Positions 29,225-39,144 of a stretch of 64,000 nucleotides of DNA are shown here, piece by piece. The DNA is taken from positions 26,845-90,844 of IMG/VR virus record IMGVR_UViG_3300025608_000015, one strand, 5' to 3'. Origin of the DNA: a virus. Lineage: Duplodnaviria > Caudoviricetes. Under the pieces are notes generated by a model. The model was not told the origin of the DNA. It saw nothing but the letters and a program-made list of their open reading frames with translations, and did not search any database. The position numbers and the translations under genes were made by a program. Position 1 is the stretch's first letter. The number at the start of each line of letters is the position of its first letter.

Positions 29225-31819
29225 ATGAACAACCTTGATAAAATTGCAAGTGATCTGTTTTCTAAAATTAGAGGCAGATTTGAAAATTTAACAATCGGCA
29301 ACGAAGCGGGAGAAGTTGTAACGGAACCTGAAACTGCTAGATTTTTTGATTTTACTTTTACAACAGAAGGAAAATCATTAGGCAAAGTAAGTGTTGCCCT
29401 TTCAGAAGATGACGGAATATCAGTTACATTTTCTAATGATTTTATAAACAACGAAGATCAAGGAACACAGAATGTATGGTACAGCTTTCTTAAAGAACTA
29501 AGACAGTTTGCCAAGAAGCGTATGTTAAATTTTGACATACGTGATATTAACAGATCGAATCTAAAAAAACGAGATTACAATTTTTTAGCAAATACCGGGG
29601 ACACTCAAATGACCGAATCAAAATTATACGGAACTAGCAGAACAAGTTATCAGGATGTTGATTCTGCACGTATTGTTATCAAGCATAGAGCAAACGTTAA
29701 TCAGGAAAATCCTGTTAGCAGAACACAAGGTATTGGCTCTATCTATATTGAAAGTGCAGACGGAGAAAGATTTAAGTACCCGTATCGTCACTTAAATGGA
29801 GCAAGAGCAATGGCTCGTCACGTAGCAGAAGGCGGCAAACCATTTGATGAGTTCGGTCAGCACATCACAGGATTGTCAGAAGAACTATCTAGCCTACGTA
29901 AGTTTAAAAACTACATGAGTCGTTCTAGTGTAATGGCAGAAGGTTTAGCAAGGTACGTAGATGCAGTCAGTGAAAGAATTGAAACTATTAAATCGAGAGT
30001 ACAAGGCTTACAAAGAACAGGATACTACACAGAAGCAGTAGAAGGTTTTGAAGCAACGGTAATGGAAGATGTACCTGATGACGTTAGAGAAAATTGGATT
30101 GATCAACTTACAATTCGTCAATTTAACGAAGAGCTAAAAGATGTATTCCCATATGTATACAGACTAGTAAGTGAAACTACACTTGCAGAAGAAATTGGTC
30201 CGGAAGATTTACTAGACGAAGACGGCGATCTATCAATGATGGCAAACAGCAGAGATCGAGTAGAACGCACTTATGCAGAAGTGTTGAAAGGTGTTCGCGG
30301 TCGTGGTCCTGCCGAGCCTAGCGAAGTGGGTGATTACATTCCACGCGGTATGACAAAGGACGAAATCCTCAAGCTAGTTGACATGCTTGCACAATCTGGC
30401 AAATACGACGAAGATGAAATAGAAGCCATGTTAAAAGATATGGCTCCTATGATGGAAGTTGATAGTTATGACGACGCAATTGAAACCAGCTTCGAAGACC
30501 TAATGGGTCAATTTAGCGAAGCTGATAAAGAAGCTGTTGACGATGCAACATTGATTGCTCAAGAATTGAAAAAGATGGGTGTATCATCTAATGCATCAGA
30601 AAAAGAAATTTACGATATGATTCCTAAAGCAATAAAAAGCCTAAATTTAGGAAGTGTTTTAAGACAGATGAATATATCAAAAGGATATCGACGAGATATA
30701 GTTGATAATGTAATCGGTGCTTTTAGTGGCATGAAAGAGGACGACGTACTATTTAAAGTTAAAGATCCTAAAAGTGAGAAGATATTTAAGATTGTAGATT
30801 ACATGGGTAAACTACAGGCATTTGATAATGATCCACACTCGGAAGAGGGCGGCGGACAGGGCCCATGGGTATATGACGAGAAGAACAATTCTCTCGAAGA
30901 TTATTACGGTCCAGATGAAGATTTAAAAGTAGCAAAAATTGACGAACAAACTAGTGAAGCAGACAGAGATAATGACATGGATGCCGCACTACACAAAAGA
31001 TTTGGCATAGAAGGCGATTTTGTTCCGTTCGATGAGCGTCCGAGAGATGGCGAAGAAATTGAACTACAAGTTCCTGTAAGATACACAAAGGCAGAACAAG
31101 TTATTCGTGACACATTTAGTAATGAAACAGGCATCGATAAAGATAAAGTTTCAGTAGAATATACACGAGGCGCTCGTTCAGTTAAGATTGACGGGCAAAC
31201 ACCGCACCCAGAAATATTAAGTGCTCTTAACGGAACACTCGATAGTCTTGATACCGGCGGCATCGCAGGTATGTATGATGATACTGACAATGCTTCTGAA
31301 AGCGACGAATCATCAGAGCAACAACAATTACCATTAGGCGAATATGTTATGCAGTTTGTAAATCCAAAGACTGGACAAATTCCAAAAGGCGAAACTGCTG
31401 TTCTTACAAAAGTAGAAAAAGAATACGGCGAAGAATATATTGAAACTGCAAAGAAAATGCTTGAGATGATCAATAACAAAGTTGCAGAAGTTATGGGCTA
31501 CAAGGACACTGATATGCAAGAAAACCGTAAACTAAACGATGCTGACAAAAAAGTTATGCAAAAACTAACCGGCATGATCAAACAAAAGCAACAAGAAATG
31601 GAAGACGCAAGAAAAGGCGGCCATGACGAAGACGTAAGAATGATTGCAAGCCAACTAGAAGATTTCTACTCTATTGCTGAACTAATCCAAGGCAAGAGAC
31701 CAATGGGATTAGATACATCAGTAATGGATCTAGTACACGATATGTACGACGAAGTTGGCGCAAAGTTTGATCAAGGCAACGAAGAATTAAGTAGAATTAA
31801 AGATTTAGCAGGATTGTAA
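29225..31819 (+). CDS. Large acidic hypothetical protein, putative internal head protein (start moved to ATG 29225)
   Basis: 864 aa ending in EELSRIKDLAGL. TAAATA lies 5 nt upstream of ATG 29225. Confidence 0.55.
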   Translation: MNNLDKIASDLFSKIRGRFENLTIGNEAGEVVTEPETARFFDFTFTTEGKSLGKVSVALSEDDGISVTFSNDFINNEDQGTQNVWYSFLKELRQFAKKRMLNFDIRDINRSNLKKRDYNFLANTGDTQMTESKLYGTSRTSYQDVDSARIVIKHRANVNQENPVSRTQGIGSIYIESADGERFKYPYRHLNGARAMARHVAEGGKPFDEFGQHITGLSEELSSLRKFKNYMSRSSVMAEGLARYVDAVSERIETIKSRVQGLQRTGYYTEAVEGFEATVMEDVPDDVRENWIDQLTIRQFNEELKDVFPYVYRLVSETTLAEEIGPEDLLDEDGDLSMMANSRDRVERTYAEVLKGVRGRGPAEPSEVGDYIPRGMTKDEILKLVDMLAQSGKYDEDEIEAMLKDMAPMMEVDSYDDAIETSFEDLMGQFSEADKEAVDDATLIAQELKKMGVSSNASEKEIYDMIPKAIKSLNLGSVLRQMNISKGYRRDIVDNVIGAFSGMKEDDVLFKVKDPKSEKIFKIVDYMGKLQAFDNDPHSEEGGGQGPWVYDEKNNSLEDYYGPDEDLKVAKIDEQTSEADRDNDMDAALHKRFGIEGDFVPFDERPRDGEEIELQVPVRYTKAEQVIRDTFSNETGIDKDKVSVEYTRGARSVKIDGQTPHPEILSALNGTLDSLDTGGIAGMYDDTDNASESDESSEQQQLPLGEYVMQFVNPKTGQIPKGETAVLTKVEKEYGEEYIETAKKMLEMINNKVAEVMGYKDTDMQENRKLNDADKKVMQKLTGMIKQKQQEMEDARKGGHDEDVRMIASQLEDFYSIAELIQGKRPMGLDTSVMDLVHDMYDEVGAKFDQGNEELSRIKDLAGL

Positions 31820-31830
31820 AAAATCCTGTT
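31809..31830 (+). terminator. Possible hairpin terminator
   Basis: CAGGATT-GTAAAA-AATCCTG spanning the stop codon. Weak U-tract. Confidence 0.35.
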
Positions 31831-31847
31831 AAATTTCAAAAATTTAG

Positions 31848-31876
31848 TTGACAAACTAAATAAAGTTGTGTAGTAT
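31848..31876 (+). promoter_or_regulatory. Composite promoter for gp32: sigma70 promoter with a nested late box
   Basis: TTGACA (31848), 17 nt, TAGTAT (31871). CTAAATA at 31856-31862 lies inside the spacer. Confidence 0.65.
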
Positions 31877-31940
31877 ATACATTGTGCTACACAAATAGGC
31901 ACTAAAGCATATAGGCAAATATTATAGGAGAAAAGGCACT

Positions 31941-32954
31941 ATGGCATCATTAGCAGAAATCCGAGCGAAGCTCAAAGAACAAGAAGCAGGCGCTTCAGGC
32001 AACCGTCAATCAAGCGGCGGTGATAACGCAATCTATCCATTCTGGAACATGAACGAAGGTGAAACAGCAACCATGCGTTTCTTACCTGACGGTAATGAAG
32101 ACAACACTTTCTTCTGGACAGAACGTCTTATGATTAAACTTCCTTTTAGTGGAGTTAAAGGCGATACATCTAGCAAGCCAGTACAAGTACAGATTCCTTG
32201 TATGGAAATGTACGGTGAGTCATGTAATATTCTCAACGAAGTTCGTGGCTGGTTTAAAGATCCTTCACTAGAAGACATGGGTCGTAAGTATTGGAAAAAG
32301 CGTTCTTACATCTTCCAAGGCTTTGTTACAGACAACCCGCTATCTGATGATACTACTCCGGAAAATCCAATCCGTAGGTTTATCATTGGTCCACAAATCT
32401 TCCAGATCATTAAGCAGGCGCTTATGGATCCAGACATGGAAGAATTGCCAACAGATTACACAGCAGGTGTAGACTTCCGTCTTAATAAAACAAGCAAAGG
32501 TGGATATGCAGACTATTCTACTTCACAGTGGGCACGTCGTGAGCGTCCATTAGGTGATGCGGAAATGCAGGCAGTTAACACACATGGCTTGTTTAATCTA
32601 AGTGACTTCTTACCTAAAAAGCCGACAGACGTAGAGCTTAAAGTAATGCAAGAAATGTTCGAAGCATCAGTAGATGGCGAAGCATATGATCCAGATCGTT
32701 GGAGCCAATACTTCCGTCCTGCAGGTATGGCAGCTCGCACAGGTGATCCAAACATGGCTGCTAGCCCAAATGCTACAGCAACTAGTCAAAGTGCTCCTAC
32801 CCCACAACCTGCACCAATTCCTGAAACTACTGCAACAGCGGATGTACCATTTACACCCGATCCTGCACCAGCACCACAAGCAGAAGCATCTGCAGGTGAT
32901 GGCGGAAATGCGCAAGACATTCTTGCAATGATCCGTTCACGTCAAGGACAGTAA
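31941..32954 (+). CDS. gp32: Single-stranded DNA-binding protein (gp32-like)
   Basis: TMRFLPDG, CMEMYGESC, RKYWKKRSYIFQG, RRFIIGPQIF, KTSKGGYADYSTSQW. SD AGGAG. Confidence 0.88.
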   Translation: MASLAEIRAKLKEQEAGASGNRQSSGGDNAIYPFWNMNEGETATMRFLPDGNEDNTFFWTERLMIKLPFSGVKGDTSSKPVQVQIPCMEMYGESCNILNEVRGWFKDPSLEDMGRKYWKKRSYIFQGFVTDNPLSDDTTPENPIRRFIIGPQIFQIIKQALMDPDMEELPTDYTAGVDFRLNKTSKGGYADYSTSQWARRERPLGDAEMQAVNTHGLFNLSDFLPKKPTDVELKVMQEMFEASVDGEAYDPDRWSQYFRPAGMAARTGDPNMAASPNATATSQSAPTPQPAPIPETTATADVPFTPDPAPAPQAEASAGDGGNAQDILAMIRSRQGQ

Positions 32955-32958
32955 TATC

Positions 32959-32986
32959 ATGGGGGAGCAATCCCCCATTTGCTTTT
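32959..32986 (+). terminator. Rho-independent terminator, GCAA tetraloop
   Basis: ATGGGGGA-GCAA-TCCCCCAT followed by TTGCTTTTT. Confidence 0.75.
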
Positions 32987-33002
32987 TAGATTAGGAGATT
33001 AT

Positions 33003-34085
33003 ATGGCAAAGGCATTTGATCCTAGCAAGTTTAGGACTTCACTAACAAAATCCATTACAGGTATGAGTGCAGGATTTAACGATCCTACTGATTGGATTAG
33101 CACAGGTAACTATGCACTTAACTATCTTATTTCAGGAGACTGGCACAAAGGTGTTCCGCTTGGTAAGGTAACAGTATTTGCAGGCGAGTCGGGCTCAGGC
33201 AAATCATACTTCTGCTCAGGCAACATTGTAAAAGCCGCACAAGAACAAGGTATCTATGTTGTTCTAGTTGATTCAGAAAACGCTCTTGACGAGCAGTGGT
33301 TACACGCACTTGGTGTAGATACTTCAGAAGACAAACTGTTAAAACTTAACATGTCAATGATTGACGATGTTGCTAAAACAGTGTCAGTGTTTATGGGCGA
33401 CTACAAAGCAATGAATGAAGAAGACCGTCCTAAGGTATTGTTTGTTATTGATTCGCTGGGTATGTTGCTAACACCTACTGACGTTGATCAGTTTAACAAG
33501 GGTGACATGAAAGGTGACATGGGTCGTAAGCCTAAGGCACTAACAGCACTTGTTCGTAACTGTGTTAATATGTTCGGTAGTTACAATGTAGGCATGGTAT
33601 GTACTAACCATACATATGCAAGCCAAGATATGTTTGATCCGGATGATAAGATCTCGGGTGGGCAAGGCTTTGTATATGCTTCAAGTATTGTTGTAGCAAT
33701 GAAAAAACTAAAACTCAAAGAAGACGAAGACGGTAACAAGACTTCAGAAGTACACGGTATCCGTGCCGCTTGTAAGGTAATGAAGACTCGTTATGCTAAA
33801 CCGTTTGAAGGTGTACAGGTTAAGATCCCATATGAAACAGGTATGGATCCTTACTCAGGTATTGTAGATCTTTTTGAAAAGAAAGGTGTACTGGTTAAAG
33901 ATGGTAACCGTCTGCGTTATACTACAGCAGAAGGTGAAGAGATCAAGGAATATAGAAAGAATTGGACAGGCGAGTTGCTCGATAAAGTGATGTTAGATTT
34001 TGCACAAAAAGATGACACAGTGGTAAATACCTCTGTAGAAGATGAAACTTCTACCACTATCGAGGAGCCCGCTGTTAATGACTGA
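33003..34085 (+). CDS. uvsX: RecA-like recombinase UvsX (start moved to ATG 33003)
   Basis: WISTGNYALN, Walker A AGESGSGKS, VLVDSENALD, FVIDSLG, VCTNHTY, ISGGQGFVYASS. SD AGGAG. Confidence 0.93.
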   Translation: MAKAFDPSKFRTSLTKSITGMSAGFNDPTDWISTGNYALNYLISGDWHKGVPLGKVTVFAGESGSGKSYFCSGNIVKAAQEQGIYVVLVDSENALDEQWLHALGVDTSEDKLLKLNMSMIDDVAKTVSVFMGDYKAMNEEDRPKVLFVIDSLGMLLTPTDVDQFNKGDMKGDMGRKPKALTALVRNCVNMFGSYNVGMVCTNHTYASQDMFDPDDKISGGQGFVYASSIVVAMKKLKLKEDEDGNKTSEVHGIRAACKVMKTRYAKPFEGVQVKIPYETGMDPYSGIVDLFEKKGVLVKDGNRLRYTTAEGEEIKEYRKNWTGELLDKVMLDFAQKDDTVVNTSVEDETSTTIEEPAVND

Positions 34086-34296
34086 AGAACAAATCACAGA
34101 TGTTTGGAATCTGTTTAAAGAGTATATTGATAAAAAACAGATTGAAATTGCAGTAGAAAGATTTGTAGACTTACTTGCTGATTACGGAGTTGACGATGTT
34201 GTGTTAACTAACTGTTTAGGCAATGACAAACATCTTGATGTTGCTATTAATTACTATCTTGATCTAGATGAAAGTTATGACGATGAGGACTACTAA
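34078..34296 (+). CDS. Small acidic hypothetical protein (start ATG 34078)
   Basis: SD GAGGAG at 34062. Overlaps the uvsX stop and is coupled to uvsY by TAATG. Confidence 0.65.
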   Translation: MTEEQITDVWNLFKEYIDKKQIEIAVERFVDLLADYGVDDVVLTNCLGNDKHLDVAINYYLDLDESYDDEDY

Positions 34297-34751
34297 TGGG
34301 TTGGTATTCAGAGGTATCTAGAGATATTTCTAAAATTCCAGATGCAATTAACTACTTTACCGGCGAGCTCGATGAAGCTCGTCAGGAGTGCAGACTTACA
34401 GGTAATGTAGAAAGAGCTGCGGCGGCTATGCCAGGAGTAGTCGAACATCGTTTTAATCAACTTCAAGAGATTGAAGCAATTCTTAACTATCTAAATATAG
34501 AGCTACGCAGACTGCGTAGTTCTTTCTTTAAAAAATATCTTGAAAACTATCAACGAGCGTTGTCAAGTCGTGACGTAGAAAAGTATGTTGACGGTGAAGC
34601 AGATGTTGTTGACTATGAAAAGATCATCAACGAATTTGCATTGTTACGCAATAAGTGGTTAGGTGTGTTAAAAGCACTTGATCAAAAGCAATGGCAGATT
34701 ACTAATGTAGTTAAACTGCGAGTCGCAGGAATGGAAGATGCAACTTTATGA
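34296..34751 (+). CDS. uvsY: Recombination mediator UvsY-like
   Basis: FFKKYLENYQRALSSRDVEKYVDGE.DV...LKALDQKQWQI pattern. Follows uvsX. Confidence 0.75.
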   Translation: MGWYSEVSRDISKIPDAINYFTGELDEARQECRLTGNVERAAAAMPGVVEHRFNQLQEIEAILNYLNIELRRLRSSFFKKYLENYQRALSSRDVEKYVDGEADVVDYEKIINEFALLRNKWLGVLKALDQKQWQITNVVKLRVAGMEDATL

Positions 34752-35767
34752 GTATAAAAAGAGTAGACGGACCAGCAAATAAAAGAGATGGTAGATTAGA
34801 TAATATTGGCAAAAGAAAAATTGGTAGGTCTTTTTATAGAGGTGATAACTGTAATTTTAATCCCTATAAGGAAGATTTTGATAAAGAAAATTTTCTTGAA
34901 AAATATTTATTAACCGGATGGACTCCTGATAACTCGCCTATTATAAATGCAGATACTCAGATTACTGCATTTGGTAGTTGCTTTGCTGATAATATTTCAA
35001 AACATTTATCAAAAATAGGATACACTACTTCAAAAGAAAAAGATCCTGATATCTATGTAAGTAGCATTGGTGAAGGATTAGTAAATGTACATTCATTATT
35101 ATCACAATTCAAATGGGCTTTTGATAATTTAAGACCTAGCCAAGAGTTATGGCACGGTTATAACGGTGAAGAATTTGGCTACAATGAAGAGATTAGATTA
35201 CGTACAAAAAAGATTTTTTTAAATACAGATTTTTTTATAATAACATTAGGACTTTCTGAAATATGGTACGATGAGGTCACAGACGAAGTATTTTGGAGAG
35301 CAATTCCTAAAGAAAATGTAGATCCTTCTAGACATAAATTTAAAGTTTGTAGTATGCAAGAAACTAAACAATGTTTGCAAGAAATAAAAAATTATATTAA
35401 TTTAAATGTACCTAACGCAAAAATTTTGTTTACATTATCGCCTGTACCACTTGCTGCAACATTCCGTCCTATAAATTGTTTAAGTGCAAATAGTGTAAGT
35501 AAAAGTATTCTGAGAGCAGCACTGGATGAATTTTTAAGAGACAACGAAACTGAATTAAATAAAAATTTGTTTTATTGGCCTTCATATGAGATTGTTTTAG
35601 ATTTATTTTATGACTCATTTGGCAAGGATAACCGACATCCAAAGCAAGTTATTATAGATTTTATTATGAACCTTTTTGAAGCAGTGTATTGTGATTCTAA
35701 TGTTGATATTAAAGACATAGAACAATTATATCAAAAAACAAAAAACAATATAAATCAGAGTTACTAG
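34748..35767 (+). CDS. GSCFA-domain protein (SGNH-like, polysaccharide-associated)
   Basis: AFGSCFADNI, ITLGLSEIW, FTLSPVPL, NSVSKSILRAA, YWPSYEIV, DNRHP. Confidence 0.82.
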   Translation: MSIKRVDGPANKRDGRLDNIGKRKIGRSFYRGDNCNFNPYKEDFDKENFLEKYLLTGWTPDNSPIINADTQITAFGSCFADNISKHLSKIGYTTSKEKDPDIYVSSIGEGLVNVHSLLSQFKWAFDNLRPSQELWHGYNGEEFGYNEEIRLRTKKIFLNTDFFIITLGLSEIWYDEVTDEVFWRAIPKENVDPSRHKFKVCSMQETKQCLQEIKNYINLNVPNAKILFTLSPVPLAATFRPINCLSANSVSKSILRAALDEFLRDNETELNKNLFYWPSYEIVLDLFYDSFGKDNRHPKQVIIDFIMNLFEAVYCDSNVDIKDIEQLYQKTKNNINQSY

Positions 35768-35797
35768 AATAAAAAACATTACATTGTAAATAGTGTT

Positions 35798-36571
35798 ATG
35801 AAAGTAGTACTAGTCACTGGAGGATTTGATCCTCTTCATTCAGGACATATACAATATTTTTTAGCCGCCAAACAATTAGGTGATAGATTAATTGTAGGTG
35901 TTAATTCCGACGCATGGCTTACAAGAAAGAAAGGTCGTGCATTCATGCCCATCGAAGAAAGAGCCGCAGTAATACAAGCACTTAGCATGGTTGACGCTGT
36001 TGTTGCATTCGACGATGACTACGATGCTGACGATACATGTAAAAAGTTTATAGAGGATACCTGCTGGAACTATGAAGAAGATGAAGTTGTATTTGCTAAC
36101 GGTGGGGATAGAAATGACAGCAACATTCCTGAAATGGAAGTTGTTGCTGAAAATCTTAGTTTTGAATTTGGTGTTGGTGGTACAAACAAAGCTAACTCGA
36201 GTAGTTGGATACTTGAGGAATGGAAAGCACCAAGAACAGAAAGACCTTGGGGCTACTACAGAGTACTCCACGAAGAACCAGGAGTAAAGGTTAAAGAGCT
36301 TGCCGTCAATCCAGGATGTAGTTTGTCAATGCAGCGACACAGTAAAAGAAGTGAATACTGGCTAGTCAGCGAAGGCACAGCATCTGTTGAATACCAGCAA
36401 AGTACAAAATGGGAAGTGCTAGACAATGTTATATTATATAAACATCAAGACATACATATTCCTGTACATGCATGGCACAAATTAAATAACACGAGTGATA
36501 ATTTACTTCGTATTGTTGAAATACAGTACGGTACAGATTGCAGAGAAGAAGATATTGAAAGAAAAAACTAA
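35798..36571 (+). CDS. HldE-C/TagD-type nucleotidyltransferase fused to a ManC-type cupin
   Basis: TGGFDPLHSGH (HxGH), GDRLIVGVNSD, FANGGDR, then ERPWGYY, SLSMQRH..RSEYW, WHKL.N, IVEIQYG..CREEDIER. TAAATA 5 nt upstream of the ATG. Confidence 0.8.
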   Translation: MKVVLVTGGFDPLHSGHIQYFLAAKQLGDRLIVGVNSDAWLTRKKGRAFMPIEERAAVIQALSMVDAVVAFDDDYDADDTCKKFIEDTCWNYEEDEVVFANGGDRNDSNIPEMEVVAENLSFEFGVGGTNKANSSSWILEEWKAPRTERPWGYYRVLHEEPGVKVKELAVNPGCSLSMQRHSKRSEYWLVSEGTASVEYQQSTKWEVLDNVILYKHQDIHIPVHAWHKLNNTSDNLLRIVEIQYGTDCREEDIERKN

Positions 36572-38234
36572 AGTAGACTTTAATATTTTTATTGGGTGGG
36601 ACAGTAGAGAAGATATTGCCTATCAGGTTTGCAAACACTCTATAGAAACCAAATCAAGTAATGTTTGCATACATCCGTTAAAGCAAAAGATACTACGCAA
36701 AGAAGGTCTGTATTGGAGAGATAAAGATAAATTATCTTCTACAGAATTTACTTTTACAAGATTTCTTGTTCCTGAAATTATGAATTTTGAAGGCTGGGCA
36801 TTATTCATAGATTGTGATATGATTCTTACAACAGATATTAAAGAATTGTTAGATCAAGCAGACGACAAGTATGCGGTGATGTGTGTTAAACATGATTATA
36901 CTCCTGCTGAAGGCACAAAGATGGATGGCAAGCAACAAACTGTCTATCCAAGAAAAAATTGGTCAAGCATGATGCTTATTAACTGTGCGCATCCTAGTAA
37001 TCGTGTGTTAACAAAGGAATTAGTAAATGCTAGTAATATTGATGGAAAATATTTACATAGATTTAGTTGGTTAGATGATTCAGAAATTGGCGAAATCCAT
37101 CATGAGTGGAATTGGTTAGTAAATTGGTATAAAGAACCGAAAGACGGACATCCTAAACTTATTCATTACACCGAAGGCGGACCTTGGTTTGAAAACTATA
37201 AAAACTGTGAATACTCTGATCTATGGAATAAAGAAAGAGAAAATTACGAAGAATACCAAAATTATTATAGAAAGAAAAACCGGTTATCTCCTTTTGACGG
37301 AGTGTTACCTGAAGTTGAATCTATTGGTAAATCAGTTTTAGATGTTCTTGTAGATCCGGAAGGATTGTACCATGATAAAAACATAGAAACAGTCATAAGA
37401 GAAATTAAAGATATGTCAGCAACAACACCAACATGCTATTGTTTTGCTCAAAGCGATGACCCAGACGAAAAAGGATACGATCGTATTGCGCATAAGTTTG
37501 CTCTAGGAGCAAAAGGTAAATTAATTAATCAAGAACAACTAGAAACACTAGATATTAACGTGCCTGTTATCGTACGAGGAAATTCTAAATCTAAGGTTAA
37601 AGCAATTGAAACGTGTAAGCAAAGAGGATTAATATGGTATAATATTGATACTGGATATATAGGTAATGGACATTTAAAACATTATCATAGAATATCTAAA
37701 GGCAATTATCAAAACGTTGAATCAATTATTGAACGTCCTTCTGACAGATTAGATTTAATTAAATTTAAACTCCGAGATAGAAAACTTGGAGGAGAAAATA
37801 TATTACTATGTCCTCCAAGTCAAAAAGTAATGAGTATATACGGGTTAACTGTAAATGAATGGGTAGAATCTACAGTTAAAGAAATTAAAAAATATAGTAA
37901 TAAAGAAATTGTAATCCGAGTAAAAGAACAAAATAGGAAACTTAGAGTAGCTAGTGATCCTATACAGATTGCATTTGATAAAAATGTTCATTGTGTTATT
38001 ACTTACAATAGTATAGCTGCTTTAGAAGCAGTTATGTACGGACTTCCTGCATTTACTTTAGGACCTAACGCTGCAGAGCCATTATGTAACAAAGATTTAA
38101 AAAGTATTGATAATCCGTATTTTCCCGAAAAAGAAAAAATCTTAAGAGTGTTAAGGCATCTAAGTTATTGTCAGTTTACTGAAGTAGAATATCAAAATGG
38201 AACAGCTTGGAAAATTTTAAATGAAGGTAGTTAG
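36555..38234 (+). CDS. Two-domain glycosyltransferase: GT-A (GT8-like) plus KpsS-like GT-B domain (start uncertain, TTG 36555)
   Basis: IFIGWDSRE, STEFTFTRF, FIDCDM, YPRKNWSS, HYTEGGPW. C-terminal half has IVIRVK and ITYNSIAALEAVMYGLPAF. Confidence 0.75.
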   Translation: MKEKTKVDFNIFIGWDSREDIAYQVCKHSIETKSSNVCIHPLKQKILRKEGLYWRDKDKLSSTEFTFTRFLVPEIMNFEGWALFIDCDMILTTDIKELLDQADDKYAVMCVKHDYTPAEGTKMDGKQQTVYPRKNWSSMMLINCAHPSNRVLTKELVNASNIDGKYLHRFSWLDDSEIGEIHHEWNWLVNWYKEPKDGHPKLIHYTEGGPWFENYKNCEYSDLWNKERENYEEYQNYYRKKNRLSPFDGVLPEVESIGKSVLDVLVDPEGLYHDKNIETVIREIKDMSATTPTCYCFAQSDDPDEKGYDRIAHKFALGAKGKLINQEQLETLDINVPVIVRGNSKSKVKAIETCKQRGLIWYNIDTGYIGNGHLKHYHRISKGNYQNVESIIERPSDRLDLIKFKLRDRKLGGENILLCPPSQKVMSIYGLTVNEWVESTVKEIKKYSNKEIVIRVKEQNRKLRVASDPIQIAFDKNVHCVITYNSIAALEAVMYGLPAFTLGPNAAEPLCNKDLKSIDNPYFPEKEKILRVLRHLSYCQFTEVEYQNGTAWKILNEGS

Positions 38235-39144
38235 TTATCTATCTAGTATTCCAATAAAAGATCGGGGAAAGACTACAGAAAAGACACAAATACTAGAAAA
38301 CTTTGCAAAAGGTGTTAGCACAAGTAGTGACGAAATCATAAAACATTCTGCTGACTATATTCCTAGCGATGTTGCTATTATACAAGGATGGGTGCATGCA
38401 AATAGTGGTAACACTTCTCACTTATCATTGCGAAAAAAAGTTATTAAAAATCAACTATTACACGGTAAACATGTTATTACAGCAGATAGTAATTTGTTTT
38501 TATACAAGGTTGGAAAAGCTAATACTCCCCATCACTATTTAAGATATAGTGCTAATGATGTATTTCCAACTACTGGCAATTACTTTTGGGATAATCCGGA
38601 TCCCAAAAGATGGCAACAAATAAGTAAAGATTTAAATATCAATGTTAAACCTTGGAGGACTACAGGAAATCATATCCTTATATGTCTGCAAAGAAATGGC
38701 GGCTGGAGTATGGGTGGACTAGATGTTATGGAGTGGTGTCATAAAATAATACGCATACTTTCTAAAATCAGCGACAGACCTATTATTGTTAGAGCTCATC
38801 CTGGCGATCGTAGAGCACAACAATACCTTAGAATAAATCATCCAAATGTTAGAATTAGTAGAGCAGAAACTATACAGCAGGATTTGGAGAGTGCTTGGGC
38901 TTGTATAACCTATAATAGTAGTCCTGGAGTAGCCGGCGCAATAGAAGGTATACCTGTATTCGTTACAGATCCAAATCCGAGAATAAGTCAAGCATACGAT
39001 ATTGCAAATACCGACTTAACTAAAATAGAATCACCTAAAACTTTTGATAGAGAACCATGGTTAAATAAACTTGCAATGTGTCATTGGAATTTTGCAGAAC
39101 TTGCAAGCGGAAAAGCATGGGCACATATGAGGAATTATTTATGA
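38221..39144 (+). CDS. Capsule-synthesis (KpsS/KpsC-like) GT-B family protein
   Basis: ILICLQR, IIVRAHPGD, ITYNSSPGVAGAIEGIPVF, WL.KLAMCHW..AEL.SGKAW. Confidence 0.65.
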   Translation: MKVVSYLSSIPIKDRGKTTEKTQILENFAKGVSTSSDEIIKHSADYIPSDVAIIQGWVHANSGNTSHLSLRKKVIKNQLLHGKHVITADSNLFLYKVGKANTPHHYLRYSANDVFPTTGNYFWDNPDPKRWQQISKDLNINVKPWRTTGNHILICLQRNGGWSMGGLDVMEWCHKIIRILSKISDRPIIVRAHPGDRRAQQYLRINHPNVRISRAETIQQDLESAWACITYNSSPGVAGAIEGIPVFVTDPNPRISQAYDIANTDLTKIESPKTFDREPWLNKLAMCHWNFAELASGKAWAHMRNYL

